Assembly (NCBI GenBank): GCA_963826785.1 | Contig: CAWGYD010000006.1 | Coordinates: forward strand, 96,001 to 160,000 | Direction of reading: 5' to 3' | Length of the DNA: 64,000 nucleotides | Source of the DNA: an uncultured delta proteobacterium | GTDB lineage: Bacteria; Desulfobacterota; Desulfobacteria; Desulfobacterales; Desulfosalsimonadaceae | Shown here: positions 39,953 through 50,219 of the stretch, one piece after another | How positions within the stretch are numbered: the first letter of the stretch is position 1 | How the letters are laid out: every line of letters begins with the position of its first letter | Program-made: the position numbers and the translations under genes | Notes under the pieces: model-generated | Told to the model about the DNA's origin: nothing | Seen by the model: the letters and a program-made list of their open reading frames with translations, nothing else | The model's database searches: none

Positions 39953-41023
39953 ATGCCAGATGACAAACTTTTTTCCCCCTTTTCCCTGAAAAACCTGAAT
40001 CTCAAAAACCGGATCGGGCTCGCCCCCATGACCCGGGTATCTTCGCCGGGAGACAGCATTCCCCGGCAGGATGTGCTCGACATGCTGGTGCGGCGGGCGC
40101 AAAACGGATGTGCCATGGTCTTCACCGAGGCCATCCTGACCGATTATGAAAGTGCCCAGGGATACCCAAACCAGTCCCGGCTGGTGACTGACCGGCAGAT
40201 CCGGGCCTGGCAGAAAGTGGTCAAAGCCATCCGGGATGCCGGTGCGGTCGCCATCATGCAGATGTTTCACTGCGGCCGGATCTCCTTCCCGCAAATCAAT
40301 CCGGCCGGCCGGGTGATCGCGCCCAGTGCCGTGGCGCCCCGCCAGGTCAACAGACTCACGAACAGCCCGTTTACGCTTCCCGATGAAATGAGCCGGTTTG
40401 ACATCGACCACGTTGTCTCCGGTTTTGCGGAAACCGCCCGGGGGGCTGTCGCCGCCGGATTTGACGGCATCGAGATCCATGGCGCCCACGGCTATCTGAT
40501 CAACCAGTTTCTTTCCGCATATTCCAACCGGCGCACCGATGATTACGGCGGCACGGTAAAAAACCGCTTCCGGTTTGCCCGGGAGGTGATCGCTGCGGTC
40601 TCCTCGGTCATCCCCCGGGAAATGCCGCTGACCTTTCGCATCTCCAACTGGGGGGTGGCCGACCCGGAAGTGTCGCTTTTTGAATCTGCCGATGAATGGC
40701 GGCAGATGATCCGGTATCTGGATGAACAGCCGGTGGATGCGATTTCGGTATCCACGAAAAACTTTGCTGAAAAGGTCTATGGAACGGATCGGAACATGGC
40801 GCAGATCACCCGGGAAGCCACCGAAAAGCCAATCCTGATCTGCGGCCGCATCTATGACCGGAGCACGGCGGACGAGGCGTTGAAAGACGCCGACATCATC
40901 CTGTCGGCCAAGTCGCTCCTGCTGAATCCGGACTGGGTGGCCGATATCAAGGCCCATAAACCACTTGAGCCGAAAACCGAGGAAGAGGCGAACGTGGCCT
41001 ATACCGAAACCCCGTTGCCGTGA
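39953..41023 (+). CDS. NADH:flavin oxidoreductase (old yellow enzyme family)
   Basis: LKNRIGLAPMTR, QMFHCGR, GFDGIEIHGAHGYLINQFL, NRRTDDYGG. Confidence 0.93.
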   Translation: MPDDKLFSPFSLKNLNLKNRIGLAPMTRVSSPGDSIPRQDVLDMLVRRAQNGCAMVFTEAILTDYESAQGYPNQSRLVTDRQIRAWQKVVKAIRDAGAVAIMQMFHCGRISFPQINPAGRVIAPSAVAPRQVNRLTNSPFTLPDEMSRFDIDHVVSGFAETARGAVAAGFDGIEIHGAHGYLINQFLSAYSNRRTDDYGGTVKNRFRFAREVIAAVSSVIPREMPLTFRISNWGVADPEVSLFESADEWRQMIRYLDEQPVDAISVSTKNFAEKVYGTDRNMAQITREATEKPILICGRIYDRSTADEALKDADIILSAKSLLLNPDWVADIKAHKPLEPKTEEEANVAYTETPLP

Positions 41024-41049
41024 TTTCACAAGCGCCAGGGAGAAGGATC

Positions 41050-41209
41050 ATGTTCAAATTTCTGATGACCGGCAACAGCCCGGCCCAGTTCTTCATCCGC
41101 GTCGCACTGGGCGTGGTCTTTTTTCCTGCTGGTCATCGGCATCTGCCTGGCCCTGGTGGTCACCGGGGGCGGATGGCTGTCTGTGGACCGCGCCATACAG
41201 CCAAAATAA
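41050..41209 (+). pseudogene. DoxX family gene remnant with internal deletion
   Basis: MFKFLMTGNSPAQFFIRVALGVVFFP joined out of frame to LLVIGICLALVVTGGGWLSVDRAIQPK*. Confidence 0.75.
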
Positions 41210-41317
41210 AAAGAGGCGCGGTTTAATCCCAAGCCGCCCCGGCAATCTTGACAGTCGTTTCCTTTTGGGCGATACTCAGGGCCTGTCTGAAATGAAATAA
41301 AGAAAGGTCAAGATTGC

Positions 41318-42265
41318 ATGAATAAAATATCTGTTCTTCTGCTGCTCACTGTCGGAATCATAACCGGCTGCGCGACCGGCCGGTGGGTCAACGACCCGAT
41401 CATATCGGATCAGTACGTCAAGGTGGGCCTGGAGCACCGGGTTGGGGATGATGCGGTTTCCAATCCGCAATACCGCCATCCCGTCCAGATGGATCCCGCC
41501 CAGGTACGACAGCTCTTAACCGGCCTGACCTATCAGGAATCGGCCGTGCTTCTGGGAAAGCCCAAGATTGAGCCGGTTTTCCAGGATTTTGAACTGGCAC
41601 GGCTGGCGCCGGGTATTTCCGAAGCACTGGCCAAAGCCGGCCCCCGTGAACGGGTGGCCTTCACCTCTTTCAATAAGGGCGGCGGTCTTCTGTTCGCCAA
41701 GCGTCGGATAACCCAGGGCGTTATCTTTATGGACCCTGAAGACCTGCTCAATATCGCCTTTACCTGCATCAACTGTGAAACCCGGCCGGACGAACCCCTT
41801 AACCGATCCTCCGATCCGCTGCAGCGCGATCCGCTTGAGATCACCAAGACCGAGCGCCCCCTGATGTTGCAGCATCCCTTCACCACCATCCACATGGATG
41901 CAGATGGCCGTCTTCACCCCGATTGGGTGGTCATTGACCTGGATGAATTTTCAGCTTCGGCGGCGCGCGGTCCGGTCAACCCGGTACCCGCCTCACCTCC
42001 CGCGGCTGAAGAACCCGGATTGAAAGCCCCGGCACCCCAGGTGCCCCAGGCGCCAGATGCCGCCGTGTCCGCACGGGAAGCCGAACCTGAATTGCAGGCC
42101 GCGCCTGACCAGACCGGCAGCCGGTGGAACAGCCAGAAAGAGAAAATTAAAAGAGAATTTTCCCTTTTAAAGGAACTCTATGATGAAAAGCTGATTACTT
42201 CCGAAGAATACGAGGCCCGCAAAGCCAAACTGCTCGATCAGCTTGCCATCGATCAGGCGGACTGA
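41318..42265 (+). CDS. Lipoprotein with C-terminal SHOCT domain
   Basis: Lipobox ITGC; Pro/Ala linker; LKELYDEKLITSEEYEARKAKLL. Confidence 0.85.
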   Translation: MNKISVLLLLTVGIITGCATGRWVNDPIISDQYVKVGLEHRVGDDAVSNPQYRHPVQMDPAQVRQLLTGLTYQESAVLLGKPKIEPVFQDFELARLAPGISEALAKAGPRERVAFTSFNKGGGLLFAKRRITQGVIFMDPEDLLNIAFTCINCETRPDEPLNRSSDPLQRDPLEITKTERPLMLQHPFTTIHMDADGRLHPDWVVIDLDEFSASAARGPVNPVPASPPAAEEPGLKAPAPQVPQAPDAAVSAREAEPELQAAPDQTGSRWNSQKEKIKREFSLLKELYDEKLITSEEYEARKAKLLDQLAIDQAD

Positions 42266-42307
42266 TGCGGGACTTGAAGGATCTCTTTTACTCGAGGGGG
42301 TGATCCC

Positions 42308-42544
42308 ATGGATTTAAACGGACTGATAAATTCCGTGATGAACCTGCTCCAATCCTATGATCTGGCTGTCATTATCGTCATCTTGGGTTTGGCCGTTCTT
42401 GTTTATGCGAAGCCCAAACCCATGCTGAAGATGGGGGCCATGGTTCTGGCCATTGCCGTCGTGTTTTACCTGATCTCACTCATGGGCGACATGACCTTCA
42501 CCGGGGTGGCGGAAAAAGAGCGGATGGTTCACCAGACCCCCTGA
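42308..42544 (+). CDS. Small two-TM membrane protein
   Basis: GAGGGGTG RBS; two hydrophobic helices. Confidence 0.75.
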   Translation: MDLNGLINSVMNLLQSYDLAVIIVILGLAVLVYAKPKPMLKMGAMVLAIAVVFYLISLMGDMTFTGVAEKERMVHQTP

Positions 42545-42553
42545 GGAATCGAG

Positions 42554-44065
42554 TTAAAAAGCGTATTCGAAGCTGGCGTAGAACAGGTTGTCGTCCTGGT
42601 CGGTTTCCTCGGGGGCGCCGTAGAGGCCTGCCATCAATGATTCGGTATATTCCCGTTCGATCCACTGATAGCCGGTCCTGAACTGGAGGCGATTGGCCAC
42701 CAGGGGCTGAATCCAGTACAGTTCAACGACATCCCCCCGGGTGTTGAGTTTCTGGTACGGATCGAGTGCGGCGATGTTCAAGCCTACCCAGTATTGGGAT
42801 CCCGTGAAATATTCCACCCCGATTTTAGGCTGCAGGAACTGCTCGGAAGCCACATTGTACCGCAACCCCGTATAGACGGCCCATCCGCTTTCATCATTCT
42901 GGTTATCCGTCGACACCAGGTACAGGTATCGGGTATAAGGCTGCAGATCCGGCGGCAGAATGGCCGGGTCCAGCACGCTGCCGTTTACCCGCACCTGCTC
43001 CCCGTTGGCATTTGACCGGCTCCAGCCCACACTGACGAAGAAATCAAGTGGCCAGTCAAAAATTCGCTCATTGTCCAGCTGCAATGTGTATTTATCCACA
43101 AACCCCAGGGAATCCGGAAACTGGATGCTGGCGATGGGCAGTTGATAAAATGCGATCATGTCGCGAATCAGGTCGTCTCCCGTCACCCGGATATTGTCCA
43201 CCCTGAGCCATTGAAACACCAGCCGGGAGTGATCCATGAAATACAGGTCCGAGTTGAGCTGGACCGCATAAAAATCAATGTCATCGAGCCCGTTGGGGTC
43301 GGACTGGAAGGGATACATGTCCGTATCGTCCTCGCTCCGGGCGTAGACCAGGTTCAAAGACTGGGCCATGGACTGATTGAAATAAAAAGACAGGGCCGCG
43401 CCGTCGGATTCCGCATTGAACGCCAGATCCGGGTAGGTGGTCTGGCTGGGGCGGTTATACCGGTACTTGGTCAGATATCCATCCGATGTGGGCAGCCGGC
43501 CGAAAGTCAAATTGACGCTTTGACCGAGCCAGTGGGGGCGGTAATCGACATAGGCCCGCTTGACCCGGATGCCGGCGTCGGAAGGTTTGGATGAATAATT
43601 GAAATCGGCGCTGCGGACGTCCTGGGGAGAATTCCACGCCCCCCAGAGCTTGTACATGGTGAGGGTGGAATTGAACTGGAGTTCTTCGGTGGGAATGGCC
43701 GAAAACTTCAGATCGAAATAATTCACGAAGGCATTGTCGTTGTTCTCGGTCCCGGTATCATTGTTCTTCCTTGTCAGCGCATAGTAGGAGGACCTGAGGT
43801 AGGCTTCGCTGGCCAGGCTGTATTTTTCAATGGTGCCGGTATCGGCCAGGGCCTGCTTGTAGACAAAGGCGATATTCTGTTTGAGCGTTTGGATCTGCTC
43901 CTGCTGCTCCTCAACCGTTTTTTTCAAATTCTCTATGTCCGCCTGCTGTCTTCGAATCACGGCCCCGGCCGAAGGCGCACCATTTTGCTGCGCCATACAG
44001 GGGGTGCTCAAAATCAGACTGAATAACAGGACGGTCAGAGCTATGCTTCTGGTGAAATGCTGCAT
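42554..44065 (-). CDS. DUF3373-like outer-membrane porin with N-terminal coiled coil
   Basis: Signal peptide, coiled coil, LTMYKLWG, VKRAYVDY, TFGRLPTSDG, KIGVEY..GSQYW, KLNTRGDVVELY, C-terminal Phe. Confidence 0.8.
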   Translation of the reverse strand: MQHFTRSIALTVLLFSLILSTPCMAQQNGAPSAGAVIRRQQADIENLKKTVEEQQEQIQTLKQNIAFVYKQALADTGTIEKYSLASEAYLRSSYYALTRKNNDTGTENNDNAFVNYFDLKFSAIPTEELQFNSTLTMYKLWGAWNSPQDVRSADFNYSSKPSDAGIRVKRAYVDYRPHWLGQSVNLTFGRLPTSDGYLTKYRYNRPSQTTYPDLAFNAESDGAALSFYFNQSMAQSLNLVYARSEDDTDMYPFQSDPNGLDDIDFYAVQLNSDLYFMDHSRLVFQWLRVDNIRVTGDDLIRDMIAFYQLPIASIQFPDSLGFVDKYTLQLDNERIFDWPLDFFVSVGWSRSNANGEQVRVNGSVLDPAILPPDLQPYTRYLYLVSTDNQNDESGWAVYTGLRYNVASEQFLQPKIGVEYFTGSQYWVGLNIAALDPYQKLNTRGDVVELYWIQPLVANRLQFRTGYQWIEREYTESLMAGLYGAPEETDQDDNLFYASFEYAF

Positions 44066-44166
44066 GAAATACCTCCGGTTGATCAATAGGGAGAAACAAT
44101 GCCGTTTATAATATGCTGCTGTATTATTCCATTTCATATTCAGGAAAGTGCGATTGGAATAAATGT

Positions 44167-44661
44167 CTACTCCCAGACGCCGATGCCACCTTCAAGGGAT
44201 GTCCTTGAATTTCCGGCGTTGCGGAGAAGATAATCCATGATTTCGGCTTTCTGGCGGGGGGTGTCCCATTCGATGGGTTCGAAAATGGCATGGCCCTCCT
44301 GCTCGATGAGCAGCAGCCACTGCTTTTTCGTCTTGTCCGAAGCGGAGAAGTCTCCGGTTTTGTGGCACCCGGTAAAACAGACCGAGCGTTCAAATTCATC
44401 CGGGCGCAGTTCATGCGCCGGTTCGGCCGGTTCTTCCTTTACATGCACGGAAGGGGATAGGATTTCCAGATCCTGGTCGTCAAGCATTTCGATCTCTTCG
44501 ATTTTCCAACGGACCTGTGCCGTGGCCGCAGGGCTGGATGCCGCCAGCGATTCGTCATCAATCGGCCGCAGCGCTCGTGAGCGGGCCGGAAATAATATGA
44601 ACCCCGATAAAATCGCCAGGCAGATTAAAAGCTTCACCCCGGATCCGTTGCTGACTTTCAT
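44167..44661 (-). CDS. Periplasmic monoheme c-type cytochrome with CX3CH motif
   Basis: Signal peptide; CFTGCH followed by DKTKKQW..H..IMDYL..A.NS; directly upstream of the DUF3373 gene. Confidence 0.7.
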   Translation of the reverse strand: MKVSNGSGVKLLICLAILSGFILFPARSRALRPIDDESLAASSPAATAQVRWKIEEIEMLDDQDLEILSPSVHVKEEPAEPAHELRPDEFERSVCFTGCHKTGDFSASDKTKKQWLLLIEQEGHAIFEPIEWDTPRQKAEIMDYLLRNAGNSRTSLEGGIGVWE

Positions 44662-44975
44662 GACGCTGGTGCCTTTTCAAATTAAAATTGTGCCATCCCC
44701 CCGAAAAAAAAGGGCATCTTCTTTTGAAATTACGGCCTGTTATCCATAATTTTAAATGTTTATATCAGAATCCTCCTAAAAAACAAAGTATAAAATGGGC
44801 CGTCAGCCGCGCGGACGTAGTGTTTTTACCGGGGCAAGCCAATATTTATTGCCTCCATGACTTGACCCCGAAAGTCCCATGATCAGGGGAACGGCAAATG
44901 GCGGATGATTCATCGGATGATATAGATAATCATTTTAAAAATCGGCTATATAGGAAAAGATCAACATTCTTTTTA

Positions 44976-45004
44976 TTGACAGCCGATTCGATTTTTATTA
45001 TTTT
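44976..45004 (+). promoter_or_regulatory. Sigma70 promoter for csp, implying a long 5' UTR
   Basis: TTGACA N17 TATTTT about 180 nt upstream of the start; long leaders are typical of csp genes. Confidence 0.55.
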
Positions 45005-45186
45005 TAAGCCTGTACTCGGCTCTGTCTCTGTACGAACGGTCCGGGTATGGTACTGACTTTGATTAAGGTAGTTTCGGAGTTTTGTCCAATTTCGATCTTT
45101 CGCTTTTAAAGCGATGCCTCTGACAGCTTCCGAAGTGTCACCTACGAAGTTGTACGAAAATTACCAATGAAAGGAGGTGCTTTTTT

Positions 45187-45384
45187 GTGGAAGGTCGAGT
45201 GAAATGGTTCAACGAAAAAAAAGGATTCGGCTTCATCGAAACAGAAACACACGGCGATGTGTTTGTCCATCATTCAAATATTGAAGCCGACGGTTTCCGG
45301 ACCCTGAAAGAACTCGAAAGAGTATCCCTTGACGTGGAGAACACGCCCAAGGGACCCCAGGCCATCAAAGTCAGAAAGTTATAA
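45187..45384 (+). CDS. csp: Cold-shock domain protein (CspA family)
   Basis: GRVKWFNEKKGFGFI, DVFVHHS, KGPQA; AAGGAGG RBS. Confidence 0.97.
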   Translation: MEGRVKWFNEKKGFGFIETETHGDVFVHHSNIEADGFRTLKELERVSLDVENTPKGPQAIKVRKL

Positions 45385-45405
45385 AGACGGCACTGATCCA
45401 GACGC

Positions 45406-45440
45406 AAAAGGCAGGTCCTTGAACGGACCTGCCTTTTTTT
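45406..45440 (+). terminator. Rho-independent terminator (probably bidirectional)
   Basis: aaaaggcaggtcc-ttgaac-ggacctgcc followed by a T-run. Confidence 0.88.
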
Positions 45441-45444
45441 ATGA

Positions 45445-46776
45445 TCATTTTCCGCATCCACCGGGCCGGGCGGCATCATCTCGCCTCACCCCCTGTTTTT
45501 CCGGGGCGGCATCGGCCGGGCAGTTGCCGGCAATGGCCCAAACCAGCCGGACCAGCGCGACAAGATGCGGGCTGAACAATGACTTGCCGGTGGTCTGCAG
45601 TGAAACCGCGATATCCCGCTTCGGGTCCGCCCAGCAGAGAATATTGATAAATCCCACATGGCCGAACGCTTCTTCAGAAGACGGCCCCCACAATCCCACC
45701 GGCCAGGCACCCAGCATGAAACCGGCACTGTAGCGCATGGGAACGATCATGGTCCGGTCGATTCCCATGCGCCGGGCCGGCTGAACCGCGCATCGCACGG
45801 TACCGGGCGCAAAAATCCGGACCCCGTCGAGTTCTCCTTCATTGAGCAGCAACTGGAAAAACCGCGACATCTCTTCGGCCGTCGCATAGAGGTTGGCGGC
45901 CGGGATAATGGCCTGTTTGAACCGGGGATCATCGGCGATGTCCACCACCTCCCCCCAGGACAGGCTCAGTGCCCGCCGGGTAATGGCGGAGAGGGGAAAT
46001 ACCTGGGGCGGACCCGTGTCATAATTGTGCGCTGCTTTTTCCAGGTCCGCTGCATTTAAGCCATAATTGAAATAGTTGAATCCCAGCGGCTCCTGGACAT
46101 TTAGCCGGAGAAATTCGCGAAGGTTCATTCCGGTGACCCGGCGGACCACTTCACCCAGGATCGCCCCGCCGGTTACGGCGTGATAGGCGATCTGCATACC
46201 GCCGGCGGCCTTGGGTTTCAAATCGCAGATCAGCTTCACAAAGGCGTCCGGATCGAACAGGATTTCCGGATCGGCATCCGGCGGGGGGGCGGGAATGCCG
46301 CCCTGATGGGAAATCAGCTGATAAATGGATGTCTCCAGTTTGCCATGGGCGGCAAATTCCGGAATATACCGGGCCACCGGATCCAAAAGCCTTACCTCAC
46401 CCCGCTCGGCAAGCAGGTGGATCATCATGGCGGTGACCGCTTTGGATGCTGAATACTGACAGACAGGCGTATCCGGCGTGATGAGCACCTTTGGCGCATC
46501 AATCGGATCCTTGGGGCCGTTTCCCCGGCTGTGTCCGATGGCCCGGTTCATCACGATCCTCCCCCGCCGCCGCAGGCAGAAGGTAATCCCGGGATGGATG
46601 CCGGTCTGGTAAAGGGCGCAAATTTTGGCCCAGATTTCCGCCACCCCTCCGGCCGTCATTCCCACTTCTTCCGGATCCGTCTCCTCGAAGTCGTTTATGG
46701 TGGATACGGCCAAGAGATCATCCGGGACCCGGATGGACCGGCATACGCTTCTTTTCATCGATTCAATGATCTTCAT
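45445..46776 (-). CDS. Serine hydrolase, beta-lactamase-related esterase family
   Basis: YSASK (SxxK), SHQGG, AYHAVTGG, AFGHVG. Confidence 0.88.
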   Translation of the reverse strand: MKIIESMKRSVCRSIRVPDDLLAVSTINDFEETDPEEVGMTAGGVAEIWAKICALYQTGIHPGITFCLRRRGRIVMNRAIGHSRGNGPKDPIDAPKVLITPDTPVCQYSASKAVTAMMIHLLAERGEVRLLDPVARYIPEFAAHGKLETSIYQLISHQGGIPAPPPDADPEILFDPDAFVKLICDLKPKAAGGMQIAYHAVTGGAILGEVVRRVTGMNLREFLRLNVQEPLGFNYFNYGLNAADLEKAAHNYDTGPPQVFPLSAITRRALSLSWGEVVDIADDPRFKQAIIPAANLYATAEEMSRFFQLLLNEGELDGVRIFAPGTVRCAVQPARRMGIDRTMIVPMRYSAGFMLGAWPVGLWGPSSEEAFGHVGFINILCWADPKRDIAVSLQTTGKSLFSPHLVALVRLVWAIAGNCPADAAPEKQGVRRDDAARPGGCGK

Positions 46777-46798
46777 GAAATATCCGGCTCCGAAGCGG

Positions 46799-48028
46799 TC
46801 ATGCGCTGTTTTTTAAAACATGCATTTTATAGAGCAGGCTGTATCCGAAGGCTTTCAACAGCGCCTGCCGGTAGGTTATTTCCCCGGTGGTGAAAGGAAT
46901 GAACAATTCCCTGACTTTGCGATACTGCAGAAAAAGATACATCGACGGAAACCGTTTAAACAACCGGTGAAAGCGCGACGCATACACCAGTTCCGGTATG
47001 ATGGTCCGCTCACACAAAGCGCTGTAGCCTGGCCTGTATTCAAGTCTCGTCCCGTTCGCCCCTGCGTTTAAGTTCGCTGCGACCGCCCGGTGCACCAGAT
47101 CCGCACTGGACAGCGCGTAATAGATCCCCTCGCCGGTCCAGGCGTCCGCAAATCCGGCGGCATCCCCTATGATAAAGACATTCTGCCGCTCCAGCATCCG
47201 CCGGCGCCCCGGGGTGAACAGCGGGATGGGGGCTGCGCCGATGCGGCTCCATCGGATCGGATCGGGGGAAATCCGGCTTAAAAGCGCTTCAAGCTGCCGG
47301 ACCGGGGCGGCACTCGATATGTTTTTCGCCCAATTGCCGTCTGTCCTCCCGTCGGCACCAATAACCACCCCGACGTTGAACCGCGCCTTTCCGGGAAACG
47401 CCCAGCCATAGAGCACCGGCGGCTTCATCTGGAAAAACAGATGGCAGGTTCGGGGATCAAGCGATGCCAAGGCATTCTGCGCCACGTCGCACTCGACGCC
47501 GAACATCATGGGCAAATCCTTAACGGGCCGGCCCGCCTCGAGCGTGAGCTGCTTGTGCACCCGGCTGTAATAGCCGTCCGCCCCGATCAGCGCCCGGGCC
47601 GCATAGGCGGAATTGTCGGTGACCACCTCGATCCGGTCCGCCCGATGCCGGCTGTAGCGGACAAAGGCTTCAGAGGTCTTGAAATGCACGCCTTTTCGGA
47701 CCGCTTCTTCGGCCAGAGCCCGGTCGAATGCCCCCCTTTTCACCGTAACCATGAAATCATTTCCGGATTTCATGGTGCAGCTTCTTTTAGAAGAGCAGAA
47801 GTACATGGCCAGGTCGCGAACCGGCTGCTCGACGGGGATGCGCTCAAAACAGCCGGAGCGTTTAAGCAAGTCTACGGTACGACGGGTCAGGCCGCCCCCG
47901 CAGCTCTTGCCGCCCGGGGCCGGCTTTTTTTCCAGCAGCAGCGTCGACAGCCCGCTTCCGGCGCATTGCATGGCCGCCATGCTGCCGGCCGGACCCGCCC
48001 CGATGATGATGACATCATATTGTTTCAT
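46799..48028 (-). CDS. Geranylgeranyl reductase family FAD oxidoreductase
   Basis: YDVIIIGAGPAGS, KSCGGG, IGADG, YGWAFP, IGDAAG..TGEGIYYA. Confidence 0.9.
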   Translation of the reverse strand: MKQYDVIIIGAGPAGSMAAMQCAGSGLSTLLLEKKPAPGGKSCGGGLTRRTVDLLKRSGCFERIPVEQPVRDLAMYFCSSKRSCTMKSGNDFMVTVKRGAFDRALAEEAVRKGVHFKTSEAFVRYSRHRADRIEVVTDNSAYAARALIGADGYYSRVHKQLTLEAGRPVKDLPMMFGVECDVAQNALASLDPRTCHLFFQMKPPVLYGWAFPGKARFNVGVVIGADGRTDGNWAKNISSAAPVRQLEALLSRISPDPIRWSRIGAAPIPLFTPGRRRMLERQNVFIIGDAAGFADAWTGEGIYYALSSADLVHRAVAANLNAGANGTRLEYRPGYSALCERTIIPELVYASRFHRLFKRFPSMYLFLQYRKVRELFIPFTTGEITYRQALLKAFGYSLLYKMHVLKNSA

Positions 48029-48047
48029 TTCGATGATCCACGACGGA

Positions 48048-49679
48048 TTATACCCGAAGCACCTGCCCCGCCCGCATTGATTGGATGTAGCGGCCGTTTT
48101 CCACCACCTGGGTGCCGTTGATAAAAACATCCCGGATGCCCCGGGGCCGGCCGGCGGGCCGGGTGCCGGCCGCAGGGGTTTCATCGATGCTGGCGGCATC
48201 AAAAATCACCACATCCGCCTTTTTTCCGGCGGCCAGCACGCCCCGGTCCTTGATGCGAAAGCGGTCCGCACTGGCCGAGGTCATCCGGCGCACCGCCTCC
48301 GGCATGCCGATGAGTCTTCGCTCCCGGACATAGCGCCCCAGGATTTTGGGAAACGTTCCCACGGCCGCCGGATTGGGCCAGCCACCGTAGCGGGTGATGG
48401 CATCGGTCATAAACAGGCACAGGTCATGGGAGAGGACCGCTTCGAGCGCTTTTTCGTTTCCGGGCGCGCCGCTGTACCCGTGCAGCAGGGCCACGGCCTG
48501 GCCGCGGGTCTCTTCACTCAGCCGCATCATGGCCTCAAACGGCGTGACCTTCCATTTGGCTGCAATCTCGTGAAAAAAATACCCGTTGAGGGATTCAAAA
48601 ATCCCGGCGCCCCCGTCCATGAGCTGCAGGTCCCTGTAGGAGAATCCCACCAGGGAAAACCCCAGCTGCAGTTCCGCCCTGAGCACCGCCCGGGCCCAGG
48701 CGCTTTTGTATTTTTCAGGAAGTCCGGCCAGAAACCAGTAGGGAAGGATCACGTTGACGGTGGTATTTCCGCAGGTATAGGGAAAGGCATCAAACATGAT
48801 GTCGAGGCCATTCTGGCGCTCTTTTTCGATGATCTCCAGGCAGGCCCCGGCCGTGGGCCAGGTCCGGCGGCCCACGAAGATCAGGTGGGAGACCTGCAGG
48901 CGTACGCCGGTATGTTTCGCCACGGCAATCATTTCCTTCAAGGCCCGCACATTGTGAGCCTTCAGGTAGGTGACCGGGTAGGTGGGGGAGAGCCGGCTCA
49001 ATGCCTTTAAATGAACCGTCACCAGCTTATCCGCTTCTGCCGCCACTTTGCAGAAGGCTTCCAGTTCATCCATGGGGGAGTACATGCCCGGGTCGTACCC
49101 CAGCCCGAAGCTCAACCCGCAGGCCCCCGCATCCAGCGATTCTTTCAGCGCCCCCAGGCAGGCATTCATTTCATCGGCGGGCAAGGCGCCCCTCGGCGTA
49201 TCGGCGTGGGCGAAGCGGATGGAGCCGTGCCCCACCAGATGGGCCGTATTTACCACCGGGCGGGTGTTTTCCACGTGCTCAAGATACGCTTCCATGGTAT
49301 CCCAGTGATAATCCAGCGGCCGGTCCACCATGAGGCTGAAATGGTCCATGCCGGCAAGCCGGCGGGTCCGGTCCGTGACGGGTGCCGGTGAAAACCCGCA
49401 GTTTCCCCCCACGATGGTCGTTACCCCCTGCTCCAGGAGACACTTTAATGCGATGTCATGATCCTCGAGCGGCAGCACCCAGTCGGAATGGGAATGCATG
49501 TCGATAAAACCGGGAGCGACGCAGAGACCGGCCGCATCGATCACCTTGTCTGCGGCCGGCGGTTCCCGGCCGATGATGATCGTTGAAATTACATCCCCCT
49601 CAATCAGCAGGTGACCGTCCACGGGCGTCGCCCCGGTTCCGTCGATGATCCGTCCGTTTCTGATCAGCATCGTTTTCAC
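48048..49679 (-). CDS. N-acyl-D-amino-acid deacylase family amidohydrolase
   Basis: APGFIDMHSHSD, GVTTIVGGNCGFS, GTFPKILGRYVRE, ADVVIFD. Confidence 0.9.
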   Translation of the reverse strand: MKTMLIRNGRIIDGTGATPVDGHLLIEGDVISTIIIGREPPAADKVIDAAGLCVAPGFIDMHSHSDWVLPLEDHDIALKCLLEQGVTTIVGGNCGFSPAPVTDRTRRLAGMDHFSLMVDRPLDYHWDTMEAYLEHVENTRPVVNTAHLVGHGSIRFAHADTPRGALPADEMNACLGALKESLDAGACGLSFGLGYDPGMYSPMDELEAFCKVAAEADKLVTVHLKALSRLSPTYPVTYLKAHNVRALKEMIAVAKHTGVRLQVSHLIFVGRRTWPTAGACLEIIEKERQNGLDIMFDAFPYTCGNTTVNVILPYWFLAGLPEKYKSAWARAVLRAELQLGFSLVGFSYRDLQLMDGGAGIFESLNGYFFHEIAAKWKVTPFEAMMRLSEETRGQAVALLHGYSGAPGNEKALEAVLSHDLCLFMTDAITRYGGWPNPAAVGTFPKILGRYVRERRLIGMPEAVRRMTSASADRFRIKDRGVLAAGKKADVVIFDAASIDETPAAGTRPAGRPRGIRDVFINGTQVVENGRYIQSMRAGQVLRV

Positions 49680-49713
49680 GGAAGTCTCCTCTGTTTAGTG
49701 AAAATTCAATATA

Positions 49714-50187
49714 TTATCCGCAGCCGTTGGTGGGATCGCCCTCCGCCATCATTTCGCGCAAGACCGCTCTTTCCGGCTCCCCGGGCAGAAACCCCGAAAG
49801 TTCGGCTTCCATCACCACGATGCCATCCTGATTGGTCAATACGGCCTCTGCCGCCGCCGAGCGGTTCCGATCCACCCGGGTTATCACCATTTCGCAGCGG
49901 ATGGTCTCTCCCGGGTAGACCGGACGCTTGAACTTAAACGCCATGCCCGTGGCCAGCCACCCCACCTGCCCGCCGATTTCGGTGATCATGGAACCCACCA
50001 GCAGCCCGTGGCAGATGGTGCCCTCAAACTTCTTGGCACTGGAAAACCGATCGTCGAAATGAACCGGGTTATAGTCCCTCGTGATCCTTGCAAAAACCTC
50101 CGTGTCCGGGCGGTCAAATGTCCGGGTCAACACGAACCGGTCCCCCGGCCGGATCCCCTCCACCGCTTTTCTTCTCAAGGCGGTCAA
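49714..50187 (-). CDS. MaoC-family (R)-specific enoyl-CoA hydratase
   Basis: DYNPVH, CHGLL, FKRPVYPGE. Confidence 0.9.
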   Translation of the reverse strand: MTALRRKAVEGIRPGDRFVLTRTFDRPDTEVFARITRDYNPVHFDDRFSSAKKFEGTICHGLLVGSMITEIGGQVGWLATGMAFKFKRPVYPGETIRCEMVITRVDRNRSAAAEAVLTNQDGIVVMEAELSGFLPGEPERAVLREMMAEGDPTNGCG

Positions 50188-50219
50188 AAAGCTGCTCCTC
50201 TTTTTTACAGATGATAAGC

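Noticed and set aside
39938..41029. 363-aa minus-strand ORF covering the OYE gene
   Set aside because: Antisense shadow of a well-supported gene, with no motifs; common in GC-rich DNA.
44700..45186. Riboswitch or ncRNA in the long intergenic region
   Set aside because: I could not recognise any conserved riboswitch core; divergent promoters and a csp leader explain it. An Rfam/Infernal scan would settle this.
45445..46776. Beta-lactam resistance gene
   Set aside because: No signal peptide, and the motifs fit cytoplasmic esterases of the beta-lactamase fold.
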